From TPA_inf: Saccharomyces (taxonomy: Eukaryota), in assembly GCA_000146045.2 (NCBI GenBank), contig BK006941.2:608001-672000 (forward strand): a DNA stretch of 64,000 nucleotides, written 5' to 3'. Of this stretch, positions 43,290 through 54,357 are shown piece after piece (within the stretch, counting starts at the first letter, position 1; every line of letters starts with the position of its first letter). The position numbers and the translations under genes were made by a program. A model generated the notes under the pieces. It saw nothing but the letters and a program-made list of their open reading frames with translations, did not search any database and was not told the origin of the DNA.

Positions 43290-44981
43290 TTATTGTTTGG
43301 CATTTGTAGCGGCAGTCAATTGCGCTTGTTTGATCAAACTTTCCGGAGCATCAAAGACGGGCAGTTTCAGTTCAATTAGTCTGATCACCGAGTTTTTCTG
43401 GAACTCTGAATCAGTGGTTAAGGCATCCCACTCACCCGTAGTGGCGATCTTGTGATTTTCGTACTTTTTCGCACCAAATGCGGGCAACAGGGCGAGGTGA
43501 TCCCAGGTCTGGATTTCGTTGTACTCTGCGTGAGGCCCATGAATCAGCTTTTCGATAGTGTAGCCGTCGTTGTTAAGGACAAAAAGATACGGCTTTAACC
43601 CCCATCTGATCATGGTGGAGATTTCTTGGACGGTTAACTGCAAAGACCCGTCACCTATGAATAAGATGACTCTCTTGTTGGGGTCAATCTCCTCAGCGGC
43701 AAAGGCAGCACCTAAAGTTGCTCCTGTTGTAAAACCGATGGACCCCCACAACACCTGCGAGATACCGTAGGCGTCCTTAGGAAAGATAGTTTGATTGATA
43801 CCGAAGGCAGACGTGCCGGTCTCGGAAATGATAACATCACCTTCTTGCAAGAATTTGGACAATTCGTTCCACAACCACTCTTGTTTCAAGGGCGTGCTAG
43901 CAGGTACACCTTTGTTTGCGGGAGTTTTGGTTGGTACGGGAACGCTCTTGTAGCCCTTAACAACATCGGGAATAACCTTCAGTAAGTTTTGTAGTGCAAA
44001 TTTCATTTGTACACCGAGGAACGTAGCGTTCTTCACCTTTACGTAATCGGAATGAAACTCCACTACATTTTTAGTCTTGTAGGAGTAGGAAAACGAACCT
44101 GTGTTAAAATCAGAGAGCAAAGCACCGACCGAAAGGATCAAATCAGCCGACTCAACGGCCTGTTTCACGTCTTGTTTGGACAGCGTTCCCACATAAACAC
44201 CGCCATATCTGGGATGCTGTTCATCTATTGACCCTTTACCTAGAGGTGTCACAAAAGCTGGGAATTGCGTCAAATCAATTAACTTCTGGGTTTCTTTTTT
44301 AACGTTGTGCCTAGAAGCACAGGCATCCGATAGTATAACAGGGTTTTTCGAATTCTGGATCAATTCTAGTACGGTATCAATAACTTCCTTTTCAGCTTCG
44401 GGATCGTTAGGTTTTAATGATAGATCAATCGGTTTTTCCAAAAGAGAACCAGGAACCTTTAGATCTACCAAATTCGCTGGCAACCCCAAGTAGCTAGGCC
44501 TTTGTGTTATAAATGTTGTCCTGATCAACCTATCGATTTCTGAAGGGGCTGTAGCAATGTCTGTAATCATTGATGTAGTTTCTGAGATATTGGCGGACAT
44601 TCTGTGAAAAACGGTAAAATCACCGTTACCCAAGGTATGATGCAACAACAATTGCTTAGCCTGAGCGGAGATAGAGGGGACACCAACAACATGCAGTACA
44701 CCGACGTGTTCTGCATACGATCCTGCAATACCATTCAAGGCGGATAATTCACCTACGCCAAAAGTAGTTACCAGCACAGATAAACCCTTGATGCGTGCGT
44801 AACCATCGGCGGCATAGGCGGCGTTCAGCTCATTTGCATTACCAGCCCATCTCAATCCATCTACCTCGTAAATCTTGTCCAATAGGGACAAGTTGAAGTC
44901 GCCTGGTAGCCCAAAAATGGTGTTAACATTAACTTGCTTCAATCTTTCAAATAAGTATTTTCCAAGAGTAATTTCAGACAT
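43290..44981 (-). CDS. PDC6: Pyruvate decarboxylase minor isozyme, 563 aa
   Basis: TPP-dependent PDC motifs (GDGSLQLTVQEISTMIRWGLKPYLFVLNNDGYTIE). Its position on chrVII next to CTT1 identifies it as PDC6 rather than PDC1 or PDC5. Confidence 0.9.
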   Translation of the reverse strand: MSEITLGKYLFERLKQVNVNTIFGLPGDFNLSLLDKIYEVDGLRWAGNANELNAAYAADGYARIKGLSVLVTTFGVGELSALNGIAGSYAEHVGVLHVVGVPSISAQAKQLLLHHTLGNGDFTVFHRMSANISETTSMITDIATAPSEIDRLIRTTFITQRPSYLGLPANLVDLKVPGSLLEKPIDLSLKPNDPEAEKEVIDTVLELIQNSKNPVILSDACASRHNVKKETQKLIDLTQFPAFVTPLGKGSIDEQHPRYGGVYVGTLSKQDVKQAVESADLILSVGALLSDFNTGSFSYSYKTKNVVEFHSDYVKVKNATFLGVQMKFALQNLLKVIPDVVKGYKSVPVPTKTPANKGVPASTPLKQEWLWNELSKFLQEGDVIISETGTSAFGINQTIFPKDAYGISQVLWGSIGFTTGATLGAAFAAEEIDPNKRVILFIGDGSLQLTVQEISTMIRWGLKPYLFVLNNDGYTIEKLIHGPHAEYNEIQTWDHLALLPAFGAKKYENHKIATTGEWDALTTDSEFQKNSVIRLIELKLPVFDAPESLIKQAQLTAATNAKQ

Positions 44982-46255
44982 TTTGTTGGCAATATGTTTT
45001 TGCTATATTACGTGGGTTTTTTATTTATACTGTATATAAAAGAGGACTGCAATAGCACAAGATTAAGATAGAATGGCTTCAAACAGCCGCCTTTTATACA
45101 TATTGGTAAAAGCTCGCGAATCGCACCATATCCCTTATCCTGTAATCAAATCGATCTAGGTGCAGATACAGATCAATTCATAAAAAGAAATTGAAGCACC
45201 AGTTTATCACTACTACACTATCTTTTTCTTTTTTTTTTTTTTTTGCGAAGTTTCGCCCTTTGTTCAATATCACTTGATAAGTTGTGGGCTTTTTCTGTCA
45301 CTCATTCGGCTTAAAAAGTATTCGTTCTTTTGTGTTTTATGAAAAGGGAACGTGATATAAAAAAACATCCTTTGGTGTGGGACATGGGCTTTTGTTTAGA
45401 GAATGGTTATCACTACCGCCCCCACCCTTGAAAGCCACAGAAAATGAAAAAGTATGTGAATAAGGTGTGAACTCTATAACATTTTGGCCAAATGCCACAG
45501 CCGATCTGCATATTCCAATGGACATAATGCAACAACAATTGATGTCACATTCTCTTACACACTTCGATTGGTCCGTACGTAGTACTTTTTACATAACTGA
45601 CTCAGGCGTTTCCTTCATTGAAATGCTCATCTATTGCCAAGTACATAGAATCCACAGTGCATAGGTTTATGAGATGCTTGGAAGATGTACGATCGCCTGC
45701 ACTATATTAGTATATTTTTTCAGGCTTTACAAAACCAGAAAGAAATTACCGACTGTAATACTTAATTTCCATGATTTTAATCGTATGGTCCGTGAGGAAA
45801 GAGGAATTTTAGGTAAAAAAAAACCTTTGTCTATCAAAACATAAAAGAAAAGAAAAAAATTAAATTGAATAAGTCAGCTTTTTAGCATGACCACAGTAAT
45901 AATAGTAATACGATATCAGCATGAGCTGCTAAACATTAAGAATTTTTGAATTGTGTTCGCTGGTAAGAGAAAATAGGGTAGCATTAGTTGCGAGATGGAA
46001 AATTAAAATATGCGTCATAAGGTATTTTCGACGTTGAAGATTAGGGGTTGCAAGTCCGAGAACTAAACTGCCTTCACGACGTCAAACTTATTGTATGGTG
46101 ACAATAAAACGAATTCAAGAAGCCAGAGATGATGAGGAACCGATGACGAGGCACATGGGGATAGAACCTCCGTTATCTCCATTCCGCGTTGAGCAGCTCT
46201 CCTGCGTGCTTTCACAGAGACCCTAAGCCAAGACCGCGGACGGCCCTCTTTTTCA

Positions 46256-46275
46256 AGGGGATCACCGGTAAGGGG
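46256..46275 (+). promoter_or_regulatory. Two STRE (AGGGG) stress-response elements in the CTT1 promoter
   Basis: AGGGG at 46256-46260 and 46271-46275, about 360-380 bp upstream of the CTT1 ATG. This matches the known Msn2/4-dependent STREs of CTT1. Confidence 0.75.
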
Positions 46276-46633
46276 CCAAGCGGTGAAATTGCGTATTGTT
46301 TCCTCCTATCAATGATGAGTACGTCGCCGATCCAGAAGGGTTATTATTGTCATTGCCAGTACTATTCGTATGCTGAAAAAGTATAGTTCACTTCACCCTC
46401 TGGCTGCAGGCTAGCCTAGCCGATAATGCCCCCGACTCCCTCAACAGGTAGAATTTGTAAGGATTCGACGTAGCCTGGACACATTGTGCATTTATCGTAT
46501 CCCCTACTGCTACACGTATAAGAAGTCGTTGCTTTACCTCTATTCCAGAACTCAATCTTGTCGTTACTTGCCCTTATTAAAAAAATCCTTCTCTTGTCTC
46601 ATGCCAATAAGATCAATCAGCTCAGCTTCACAA

Positions 46634-48322
46634 ATGAACGTGTTCGGTAAAAAAGAAGAAAAGCAAGAAAAAGTTTACTCTCTACAAAACGGTTTTCCGT
46701 ACTCTCATCACCCATACGCTTCTCAATACTCAAGACCAGACGGCCCTATCTTACTGCAAGACTTCCATCTGCTGGAAAATATTGCAAGTTTCGATAGAGA
46801 AAGAGTTCCGGAGCGTGTAGTCCATGCCAAAGGTGGTGGTTGTAGACTGGAGTTCGAACTAACAGATTCTTTGAGTGATATTACATACGCCGCTCCATAC
46901 CAGAATGTGGGTTACAAATGTCCTGGTCTTGTTCGTTTTTCCACCGTTGGTGGTGAAAGTGGTACACCAGACACTGCAAGAGACCCAAGAGGTGTTTCTT
47001 TTAAATTCTATACCGAGTGGGGGAACCATGACTGGGTCTTCAACAATACTCCCGTCTTCTTCCTCAGAGACGCTATTAAGTTTCCCGTATTTATTCATTC
47101 GCAAAAGAGAGACCCTCAGTCTCATCTGAATCAGTTTCAGGACACTACCATATACTGGGATTATCTAACATTGAATCCGGAATCAATCCATCAAATAACT
47201 TACATGTTTGGTGATAGAGGTACTCCTGCTTCGTGGGCTAGTATGAACGCGTACTCTGGTCATTCCTTCATCATGGTCAACAAAGAAGGTAAGGACACAT
47301 ATGTGCAATTCCACGTCTTGTCGGATACTGGTTTTGAAACCTTGACTGGAGATAAGGCTGCTGAACTGTCAGGCTCCCACCCTGATTATAATCAGGCAAA
47401 GCTGTTCACTCAATTGCAAAATGGCGAAAAGCCAAAATTTAACTGTTATGTGCAAACAATGACACCCGAACAAGCAACTAAGTTCAGGTATTCGGTAAAT
47501 GACCTAACGAAAATATGGCCACACAAGGAATTCCCTTTGAGAAAATTTGGTACCATCACCCTAACGGAGAATGTTGACAATTATTTCCAAGAAATTGAAC
47601 AAGTTGCATTCAGTCCAACGAACACTTGTATCCCAGGTATTAAGCCTTCTAATGATTCCGTTCTACAAGCCAGACTTTTCTCCTATCCAGACACTCAACG
47701 TCATAGATTGGGAGCCAACTATCAGCAATTGCCCGTCAACAGACCAAGAAACTTGGGATGTCCATACTCCAAAGGTGATTCCCAATACACTGCCGAACAG
47801 TGTCCATTTAAAGCAGTGAACTTCCAAAGGGACGGCCCAATGAGTTACTACAATTTCGGTCCTGAGCCAAATTATATTTCCAGTTTACCAAATCAAACTC
47901 TGAAATTCAAAAATGAAGACAACGACGAAGTATCTGATAAGTTCAAAGGGATAGTTCTTGACGAAGTAACAGAAGTTTCTGTGAGAAAACAGGAACAAGA
48001 CCAAATCAGAAACGAGCATATTGTTGATGCCAAAATTAATCAATATTACTACGTTTATGGTATTAGTCCACTAGACTTCGAACAGCCAAGAGCTCTATAT
48101 GAAAAGGTATACAACGATGAACAGAAGAAATTATTCGTTCATAACGTTGTTTGCCACGCTTGTAAGATCAAAGATCCTAAAGTCAAAAAGAGAGTTACGC
48201 AATACTTTGGTTTGCTAAACGAAGATTTGGGTAAAGTCATTGCAGAATGCTTGGGAGTTCCTTGGGAACCTGTTGACCTTGAAGGTTATGCCAAGACTTG
48301 GTCCATTGCAAGTGCCAATTAA
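46634..48322 (+). CDS. CTT1: Cytosolic catalase T, 562 aa
   Basis: Begins MNVFGKKEEKQEKVYSL.... The ORF track adds 50 spurious upstream codons from an ATG at 46484. Catalase core motifs are present (RERVPERVVHAKG, FDRERVPE). Confidence 0.93.
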   Translation: MNVFGKKEEKQEKVYSLQNGFPYSHHPYASQYSRPDGPILLQDFHLLENIASFDRERVPERVVHAKGGGCRLEFELTDSLSDITYAAPYQNVGYKCPGLVRFSTVGGESGTPDTARDPRGVSFKFYTEWGNHDWVFNNTPVFFLRDAIKFPVFIHSQKRDPQSHLNQFQDTTIYWDYLTLNPESIHQITYMFGDRGTPASWASMNAYSGHSFIMVNKEGKDTYVQFHVLSDTGFETLTGDKAAELSGSHPDYNQAKLFTQLQNGEKPKFNCYVQTMTPEQATKFRYSVNDLTKIWPHKEFPLRKFGTITLTENVDNYFQEIEQVAFSPTNTCIPGIKPSNDSVLQARLFSYPDTQRHRLGANYQQLPVNRPRNLGCPYSKGDSQYTAEQCPFKAVNFQRDGPMSYYNFGPEPNYISSLPNQTLKFKNEDNDEVSDKFKGIVLDEVTEVSVRKQEQDQIRNEHIVDAKINQYYYVYGISPLDFEQPRALYEKVYNDEQKKLFVHNVVCHACKIKDPKVKKRVTQYFGLLNEDLGKVIAECLGVPWEPVDLEGYAKTWSIASAN

Positions 48323-48959
48323 GGCAGCACTATTTATTCATAATTATTCGTAATTATATCTCCATAATTATTTATTCATAAGTTTTCTTTAAGTTTATTC
48401 TCTACATCACTAGTTATTACAAATTGGTCGTATGTACAAGCACTAATATTTCATACTTATCGTACTTCATACATAGCAAATCCTGTTAGGAAAAATATGG
48501 CAGCAAAACAGATTGGCTGCCTACTTTTGACACATTTTTTTCTAATTCGGTACTTAGATCGGCATGAACTCAACGATTATCGCATTATACGGACAATCTG
48601 AAAAAAAAAAGTAGCCTAACTTATGCAGTTGTGTGTTTATAACGTTGAATTCCTAAACCTCTTGAAGGTGTAATATAACAAGTAACATAACTAGGTTTTC
48701 ACAACTCGTTAGTTTCTATTAAAAGAGGAATAAACAAATTTTATTAGGACTAAGAGGATTATACAGAGTACCAGCAGAGAAAACTTTAAATTCTTTCTGT
48801 TATAATAATATCTTACCAAAGTTTTTTGTTTTCTATCTCCACATTTTTCGTACCATCTCTTTAGGTAATCACTCTGAATAACTTTTATTCATATACACCC
48901 CAATATTTTTTAAGATTCCACCTATCTCCGTTACATAAAAGGATCCATGCACAATTTTC

Positions 48960-51770
48960 ATGGAGGAACAATTTACTAATCAGAAGAAAGTATCACATCT
49001 ACAGTCATTAATGAACACTAAAAGGAGTGAACAGCCCACCGAATTTGCCAAAAAACATAGGTTTAAAGATACGCTTGCATTGTTCCTGGTTTTTTTGAGT
49101 TTTAACCACTTCACTTCCCTATGTTTATTGGTTTCCTTTATTGTTGCTACCAAATGCAAAGATTTTCTGGCAAATTGTTTTATTATACTTTTCCTATCGA
49201 AAAAACCTTCCCGCCATATCGGTGAAGTGGCGCACATAGATATAAGTACTTCCAAAGTGACCAATGGTAGTTCAAACCGAAAATCTAATTCACGATTTTT
49301 TGGCAATTCAAAAAATAGCTTCGTCATTCCGATCCCCGTATTAATTTGTGAAATTTTATTTGCAATGTTACTAAAGATTTACGGTGGCGATTATTTTGTT
49401 AAGCCAATAAAAAATCTGGCAATTTCTATTATTGCCTCATTTTTGATCAATGATCCAAGCGATTGCTTAAGCTATGCAACTTCATGCTCAGTATTGTATG
49501 CTGTGTCAACTAACACTTTTCAAAGAGTGTCACACTTCTTTGACATTATACAGTTATTTGATATGTCTTTACGAGGAACCGGCCAATCAATTAAATTATT
49601 CACGGTTTTTCGCAAGTATTCACAGTTTTTCAAAAAGCTTTTCTCTCTATTTTTGCCAATGCCTTTCAAGATGCTTGGCAAACATTCAGACAGTATGATT
49701 TATTATCTATCCTTTCACATCCTTTTTTTCTCATTTGCTTCAAGTTTATTACACCCTCATAGACAAACAGCGGAAAACAAGCCATTGAAAAAGGGTTTCA
49801 ATTCAACTAAACCAGATGTAGCCCGTGTTCAAGGTCTGCAAAAGATGAGAATTTCTTCTTCTTCTTCCGTTTCTGCCGATTCGAACACTTTAGAGGACCA
49901 AAGTCCTATGATACCGAACGATCCAGGTGGACTTAGCAGCAGCAATCAAACTATCCATCCATCCCAACAAAATAACTCGCCAGTTCCCCTATCATCACAC
50001 AGTAATATTTTGAACCCTGCCGCCTCTTATCCTACTGATGCTACTTCTAGTTTTCCCTATTTCACTTCTATGGTCAAGGAATATAAGTCATATCAGCCAT
50101 CGGTAATCTCTGCTGAAGGAAGCAATTCTCAAGCCGTTACTACTACTACCAGTACAACAACCTCTCCTACAACGTTCAACTTTTCTGGTGATAACACTAG
50201 TTTGTCAAATGAAATCTCTCTATCTGATTCCTCGAATGGAAATTCGAAAAAGGATTCTGATTTCTTTTCCCCTTCCAATGACAAGTATACTAACCAACTG
50301 TTTGAACTGAATGTTGATTTTGGGAACATGTTTTCTTCTAGCAAATTATCTTCAGACATATCTGTTACATCAAACTTGGAAAATTTTATCCGTCTTCTAT
50401 TCAGAAGAAAGAATCAACACTTGATTGCACCTCTTTGGTCTATGGTAGTTACATTAAAAACAACGAATTTTGAAAAAAAATACTTACAAGAAACCTCTGA
50501 AAATTCACTAACACCAACAAATTCGAATACTTCATACGTCAGTAATCAGGAAAAACATGACAAAGATTTGGACACGATTAATACACATTCAGTTTCATCA
50601 AGAATTAGTTTCACCCATGCCGGAAAGTTTAAGAAGAGCGTGTTTAACAATTTCGAACCTTCAAATACTATGGCCCTGATTGCAAAGACAACATCTGATG
50701 ACTACAATCTTTTAAATTTAGTTTCCACCAATGAAAATATTTTCAATAGAAATGATAATGACTACAAAGTTTGCATTATTGATATTAGCACAAACTCTAT
50801 TACATTCCATATTGAAAATTTACATGATGGCGAACTCATTGTTTTAGTAAACGGTGTTATCTGGTCAGAAGTTTCTTGCGCTTTAATTTTAGAGCATGTA
50901 GGCGAAGAATACGTTGTCGTTAACGGATTAGTCCCTTCTTGTTCTTATGATATTCAATTCATCAACAGACTAAATCACCGAGATGATTATTTGGTTTCTG
51001 ATTTAATTGTAAGGACTTGTGGGAATAACAATGCGATTGCCGGAAAATTTGAAAACCTTGATTTCAGCTTCCCTTCATACTACCATAGGAAATTCTTATC
51101 TCCGTTGCTAACTCTGAAGCATTCCGTGCTAACTACAAACGCAAATTTGTCCGATGAAAGGACAAAATTGAAAAAGACAAAAAAGGAATTCAGCAAGAAG
51201 TTAAGTCTTTTGAGACAAGAAATTGATTATTTTAAAGGCAGGATTTCACAGAACGCAACACATGACGAAAAGAGCACTTTAAAAGTCGAAAATTTGAAGG
51301 TTGCCCTACAGCAAAGTGAGACTGCGGTAAATAAGTTAGAGATGCAATTGAAAACTCTCACTGAAAAAGAGCTTGAATTAGAAGAGGAATACTTGAAAAA
51401 GAAAGATCTACACTTGAAAAATCAATTAGAGTTCAGTAAGTTAGAAGAAAGCTTATCGAAAGACCTGAAAAACTCAGAAGGGAGGTTCCAAAAGGTCAAT
51501 CAAGAATTAGTTCAACTAGGCTCTAAACTGGACAAATTGAACGCGAGAAACGAGAAGTTACAAAAGGAGGTCGATCAGAACGCAGAAGAGATAGAAAAGT
51601 TCAGTACTCAATTTTTGAGTAAAAGAGAAAAGGATAGATTTAGAAGAAAGGAGTACAGGATACGCGAAGCCAATAAATTTGAATTGACTATAAAGGGGTT
51701 AGAGCAAGATATCAACAGATTAGAAAATGAGAATGAAAATATACATAGTCTAATTGGTAATAGTTACTGA
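48960..51770 (+). CDS. NNF2: Nnf2, 936 aa; hydrophobic N-terminal region, Ser/Thr-rich middle, C-terminal coiled-coil
   Basis: Length and position match YGR089W. The C-terminal 250 aa are heptad-rich (LKKTKKEFSKKLSLLRQEIDYFKGRI...). Confidence 0.8.
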   Translation: MEEQFTNQKKVSHLQSLMNTKRSEQPTEFAKKHRFKDTLALFLVFLSFNHFTSLCLLVSFIVATKCKDFLANCFIILFLSKKPSRHIGEVAHIDISTSKVTNGSSNRKSNSRFFGNSKNSFVIPIPVLICEILFAMLLKIYGGDYFVKPIKNLAISIIASFLINDPSDCLSYATSCSVLYAVSTNTFQRVSHFFDIIQLFDMSLRGTGQSIKLFTVFRKYSQFFKKLFSLFLPMPFKMLGKHSDSMIYYLSFHILFFSFASSLLHPHRQTAENKPLKKGFNSTKPDVARVQGLQKMRISSSSSVSADSNTLEDQSPMIPNDPGGLSSSNQTIHPSQQNNSPVPLSSHSNILNPAASYPTDATSSFPYFTSMVKEYKSYQPSVISAEGSNSQAVTTTTSTTTSPTTFNFSGDNTSLSNEISLSDSSNGNSKKDSDFFSPSNDKYTNQLFELNVDFGNMFSSSKLSSDISVTSNLENFIRLLFRRKNQHLIAPLWSMVVTLKTTNFEKKYLQETSENSLTPTNSNTSYVSNQEKHDKDLDTINTHSVSSRISFTHAGKFKKSVFNNFEPSNTMALIAKTTSDDYNLLNLVSTNENIFNRNDNDYKVCIIDISTNSITFHIENLHDGELIVLVNGVIWSEVSCALILEHVGEEYVVVNGLVPSCSYDIQFINRLNHRDDYLVSDLIVRTCGNNNAIAGKFENLDFSFPSYYHRKFLSPLLTLKHSVLTTNANLSDERTKLKKTKKEFSKKLSLLRQEIDYFKGRISQNATHDEKSTLKVENLKVALQQSETAVNKLEMQLKTLTEKELELEEEYLKKKDLHLKNQLEFSKLEESLSKDLKNSEGRFQKVNQELVQLGSKLDKLNARNEKLQKEVDQNAEEIEKFSTQFLSKREKDRFRRKEYRIREANKFELTIKGLEQDINRLENENENIHSLIGNSY

Positions 51771-53748
51771 TGGAAGATTAGAAAACAAAGATAGATAAGA
51801 ATTCGTTTTGTAGCATCCTAAAATTTACTTCTATTGAATATATACATGTATTTATTACTTGGACGTTCTACTTTAAATGTAGTCAGTCGTTTTTTTCTCG
51901 ATATTGTTTTTTTATTGTTTCCTAATAACTTCATTTGTTACTTTTTTGCCTTTTGTTATTTATGGAAATAATGCAGGTTAACATAAGTAAACATAAAATA
52001 TGAGAAAAACTAAGAATGTTTGCTGATGTATTGAACAGTTCACATCGTTGTGTCTACTATTAACACTAAGTTGTTGATCAAAACATTCCCTAATTAATAG
52101 CTGCCCCAGGACTTGGAAGGCCACACTACTCTCCATGACATCAAAGATACGGCCCAAATAATCTGTATCCTCGATATGAACTTAGGACCACATATTTGGA
52201 GCTTGTCCAAAATACTAAAATGGCAGATAACAATTAGATGGTTCCAATTCAAATACATTACAAGCTACGAAAACTAATATTCTATAATTTATACTAAGTT
52301 CATGGAAAGAATTGCAATGGATTGAGGTTTCTAACGAGGTTATCACTACCGCAAATATAGAGAGTAAGTTGGTAATATACAACAATAGAATTTAATCAAT
52401 AACCAATCTCAACATTATTGTATCGTATTTTAACTTATAATTGTGCTCATATCAAGTTTTCTAGGTTACAATTACGACCAATTCTCAGGTTGTTTTGCAA
52501 AATTGGCGAAGAGATGGAGGCCTACCACATATTATCACGATTTGATAGGGATAATCTGAGTAACGATTAGTTATTGACGAATCCCTTTAATATAGTTTCC
52601 ACACGAGAATAGGCGCCTACTAAAGAATTGATGAATCTGCTGGTAATTTCTAGGTTTCCATTATTCGGTAAAATATACGGAATGTATTAGGGGTTCTTCA
52701 TGACGATCAAAGATCCATGAATGGAGATCGGTATTTTTAAGTAATAGTGCTACTATTTTTTTCCTTTTTGCATTCTGTCGTTCAATATCCTGTTACATTA
52801 TTAATCTTAGTTTCGGATTCCACTGAAATCAATAACTATATCCCATGGCTTGGGCCTTAATTCTTGTGTCATATACAATAATATGCTAGTGCCGTGAACA
52901 CTAGCCAATGAAGAAATGATCGTTTTCCAACACATACCGGACGTGGCTCTGATAGTGCTCGACGATGGAAATTTCAGCATGCATACTGATGTATGTCAAG
53001 ATAACAACTACAGTCCTATCGTCGTGATTATAGGGAATCGACCGCGCCACTGCTATGACAACGGAAAGTTTATCCATGGCCTGCTGATTTTGATGCTGCT
53101 GTGGACACGAGAATACCAACACCTGTTCACATCTTCATGTGGATGAACGTAACGAAGTGGATATTTAGGCTCGGTAGCGAATCTTTTGCCGTACCTCCAA
53201 ATTTATCTTGTATCGATTTTTCCGTCTAGTTGAAACTGTTATTATCCGCCCCTCCAATTTTCTGTAAAGCATAGGTGCTTCTTCAAAGTATCCAATGTAT
53301 TTCTTAAGCTTATCAAGAAATAACATACTTCGAATACGTCCCAAGTTTTCTGATAACTTTATCATATTCTTTTGGCTAATTGGCGATCGTTTATATACCC
53401 CAGTGATTTTGGTTATAAATTTATAATATAGTTCAAACTATCCTTCCTTTAGAACAACTGTAAGCTTTAATTTTGAGCAAGCGCTACCATTTGATATATA
53501 GCAAACTAACCAAAATGCTAAGACATCTTCTAGTCTAAAAGTAACTCTTTTTCTGTGTATCTAATTCACATTGTGAATTTGAAAAGTACCCTTATTTGTA
53601 TATATGTTGGTTTTGATGGTAGGTGACCTCACTTTTCTTTAGAAAATTTGCAATTATAGTTTTAGACAATCCCTTTATGTTTCATGTGCGTATTCATTAT
53701 TTTTAACAAATTCCTAGTTCTCAAATCTGAGTCTCTTGGTAAAAATTT

Positions 53749-53820
53749 GCCTCCTTAGCTTAGTGGTAGAGCGTTGCACTTGTAATGCAAAGGTCGTTAG
53801 TTCAATTCTGACAGGTGGCA
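53749..53820 (+). tRNA. tT(UGU): tRNA-Thr, anticodon UGU
   Basis: 72-nt cloverleaf GCCTCCTTAGCTTAGTGGTAGAGCGTTGCACTTGTAATGCAAAGGTCGTTAGTTCAATTCTGACAGGTGGCA with an A-box (TAGCTTAGTGGTAGAGC), a B-box (GGTCGTTAGTTCAATTC) and an anticodon loop CTTGTAA. A downstream T7 Pol III terminator lies at 53839-53845. No intron. Confidence 0.85.
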
Positions 53821-54357
53821 TAATTTTATATATCTCTTTTTTTGCTTGTTGTACGGAAGTTCTGTCCATCCGGTGGGCGACCGGTATAGAATTATCGCGC
53901 CATCCATGAAGGTTGGCCCAGGGCCGAGTAAAGATTTAGGCAGGACCGGTGGTGGCCACTGCCTGGGAACGTCGGCCTACGGCTCGCTGCATGCCGTTGA
54001 AAAATTTCAATTGTAATTTGGAAAATTTAACCAAATGATAATTTCAATATGTACCACTAGCACTTTACGTCAAGAATCTCAAGCAAACCAAAGGGTTTTA
54101 ATCTTATACTTTTCCATTCTATTTTTTAATAGAATTTAAATCGGCAGCTCTTATACTTGGAAACAGGACGTTTTCATTTTGCTTTTTTGAAGGCCAGATA
54201 TTTGCTTTCACTTTAAGAACCAACTCCAAGAAATCTTCAAAGTTTCCTTTGTTAGATTTATCCTCTGATTGAATTATTGAAACCACAGGTATAATCACTT
54301 TGGGGTAGAACATTATAGTTTTCATAGAAATTTTACAAAGGATCTCCTTCATATACC

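Noticed and set aside
45407-45421. A 15-mer (GGTTATCACTACCGC) shared between 45407-45421 and 52338-52352, considered as evidence of a dispersed repeat family
   Set aside because: A few 15-mer coincidences are expected by chance in 64 kb on both strands, and the flanks do not extend the similarity.
46484-46633. Upstream in-frame ATG extensions in the longest-ORF calls for CTT1, TWF1 (33974), RPL11B (40943), PRP31 (58302), GID10 (13838) and YGR067C (16888)
   Set aside because: The known protein N-termini begin at internal methionines. The extensions lack homology and are most likely 5' UTR read as ORF.
52072-52384. A TGTTG...CAACA pair 313 bp apart in the NNF2-UTP22 gap, considered as a solo Ty LTR next to the tRNA
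   Set aside because: The internal sequence matches none of the delta, sigma, tau or omega LTR sequences I can recall. 5-mer terminal pairs at this spacing occur by chance, and no target-site duplication is evident. Left as unverified.
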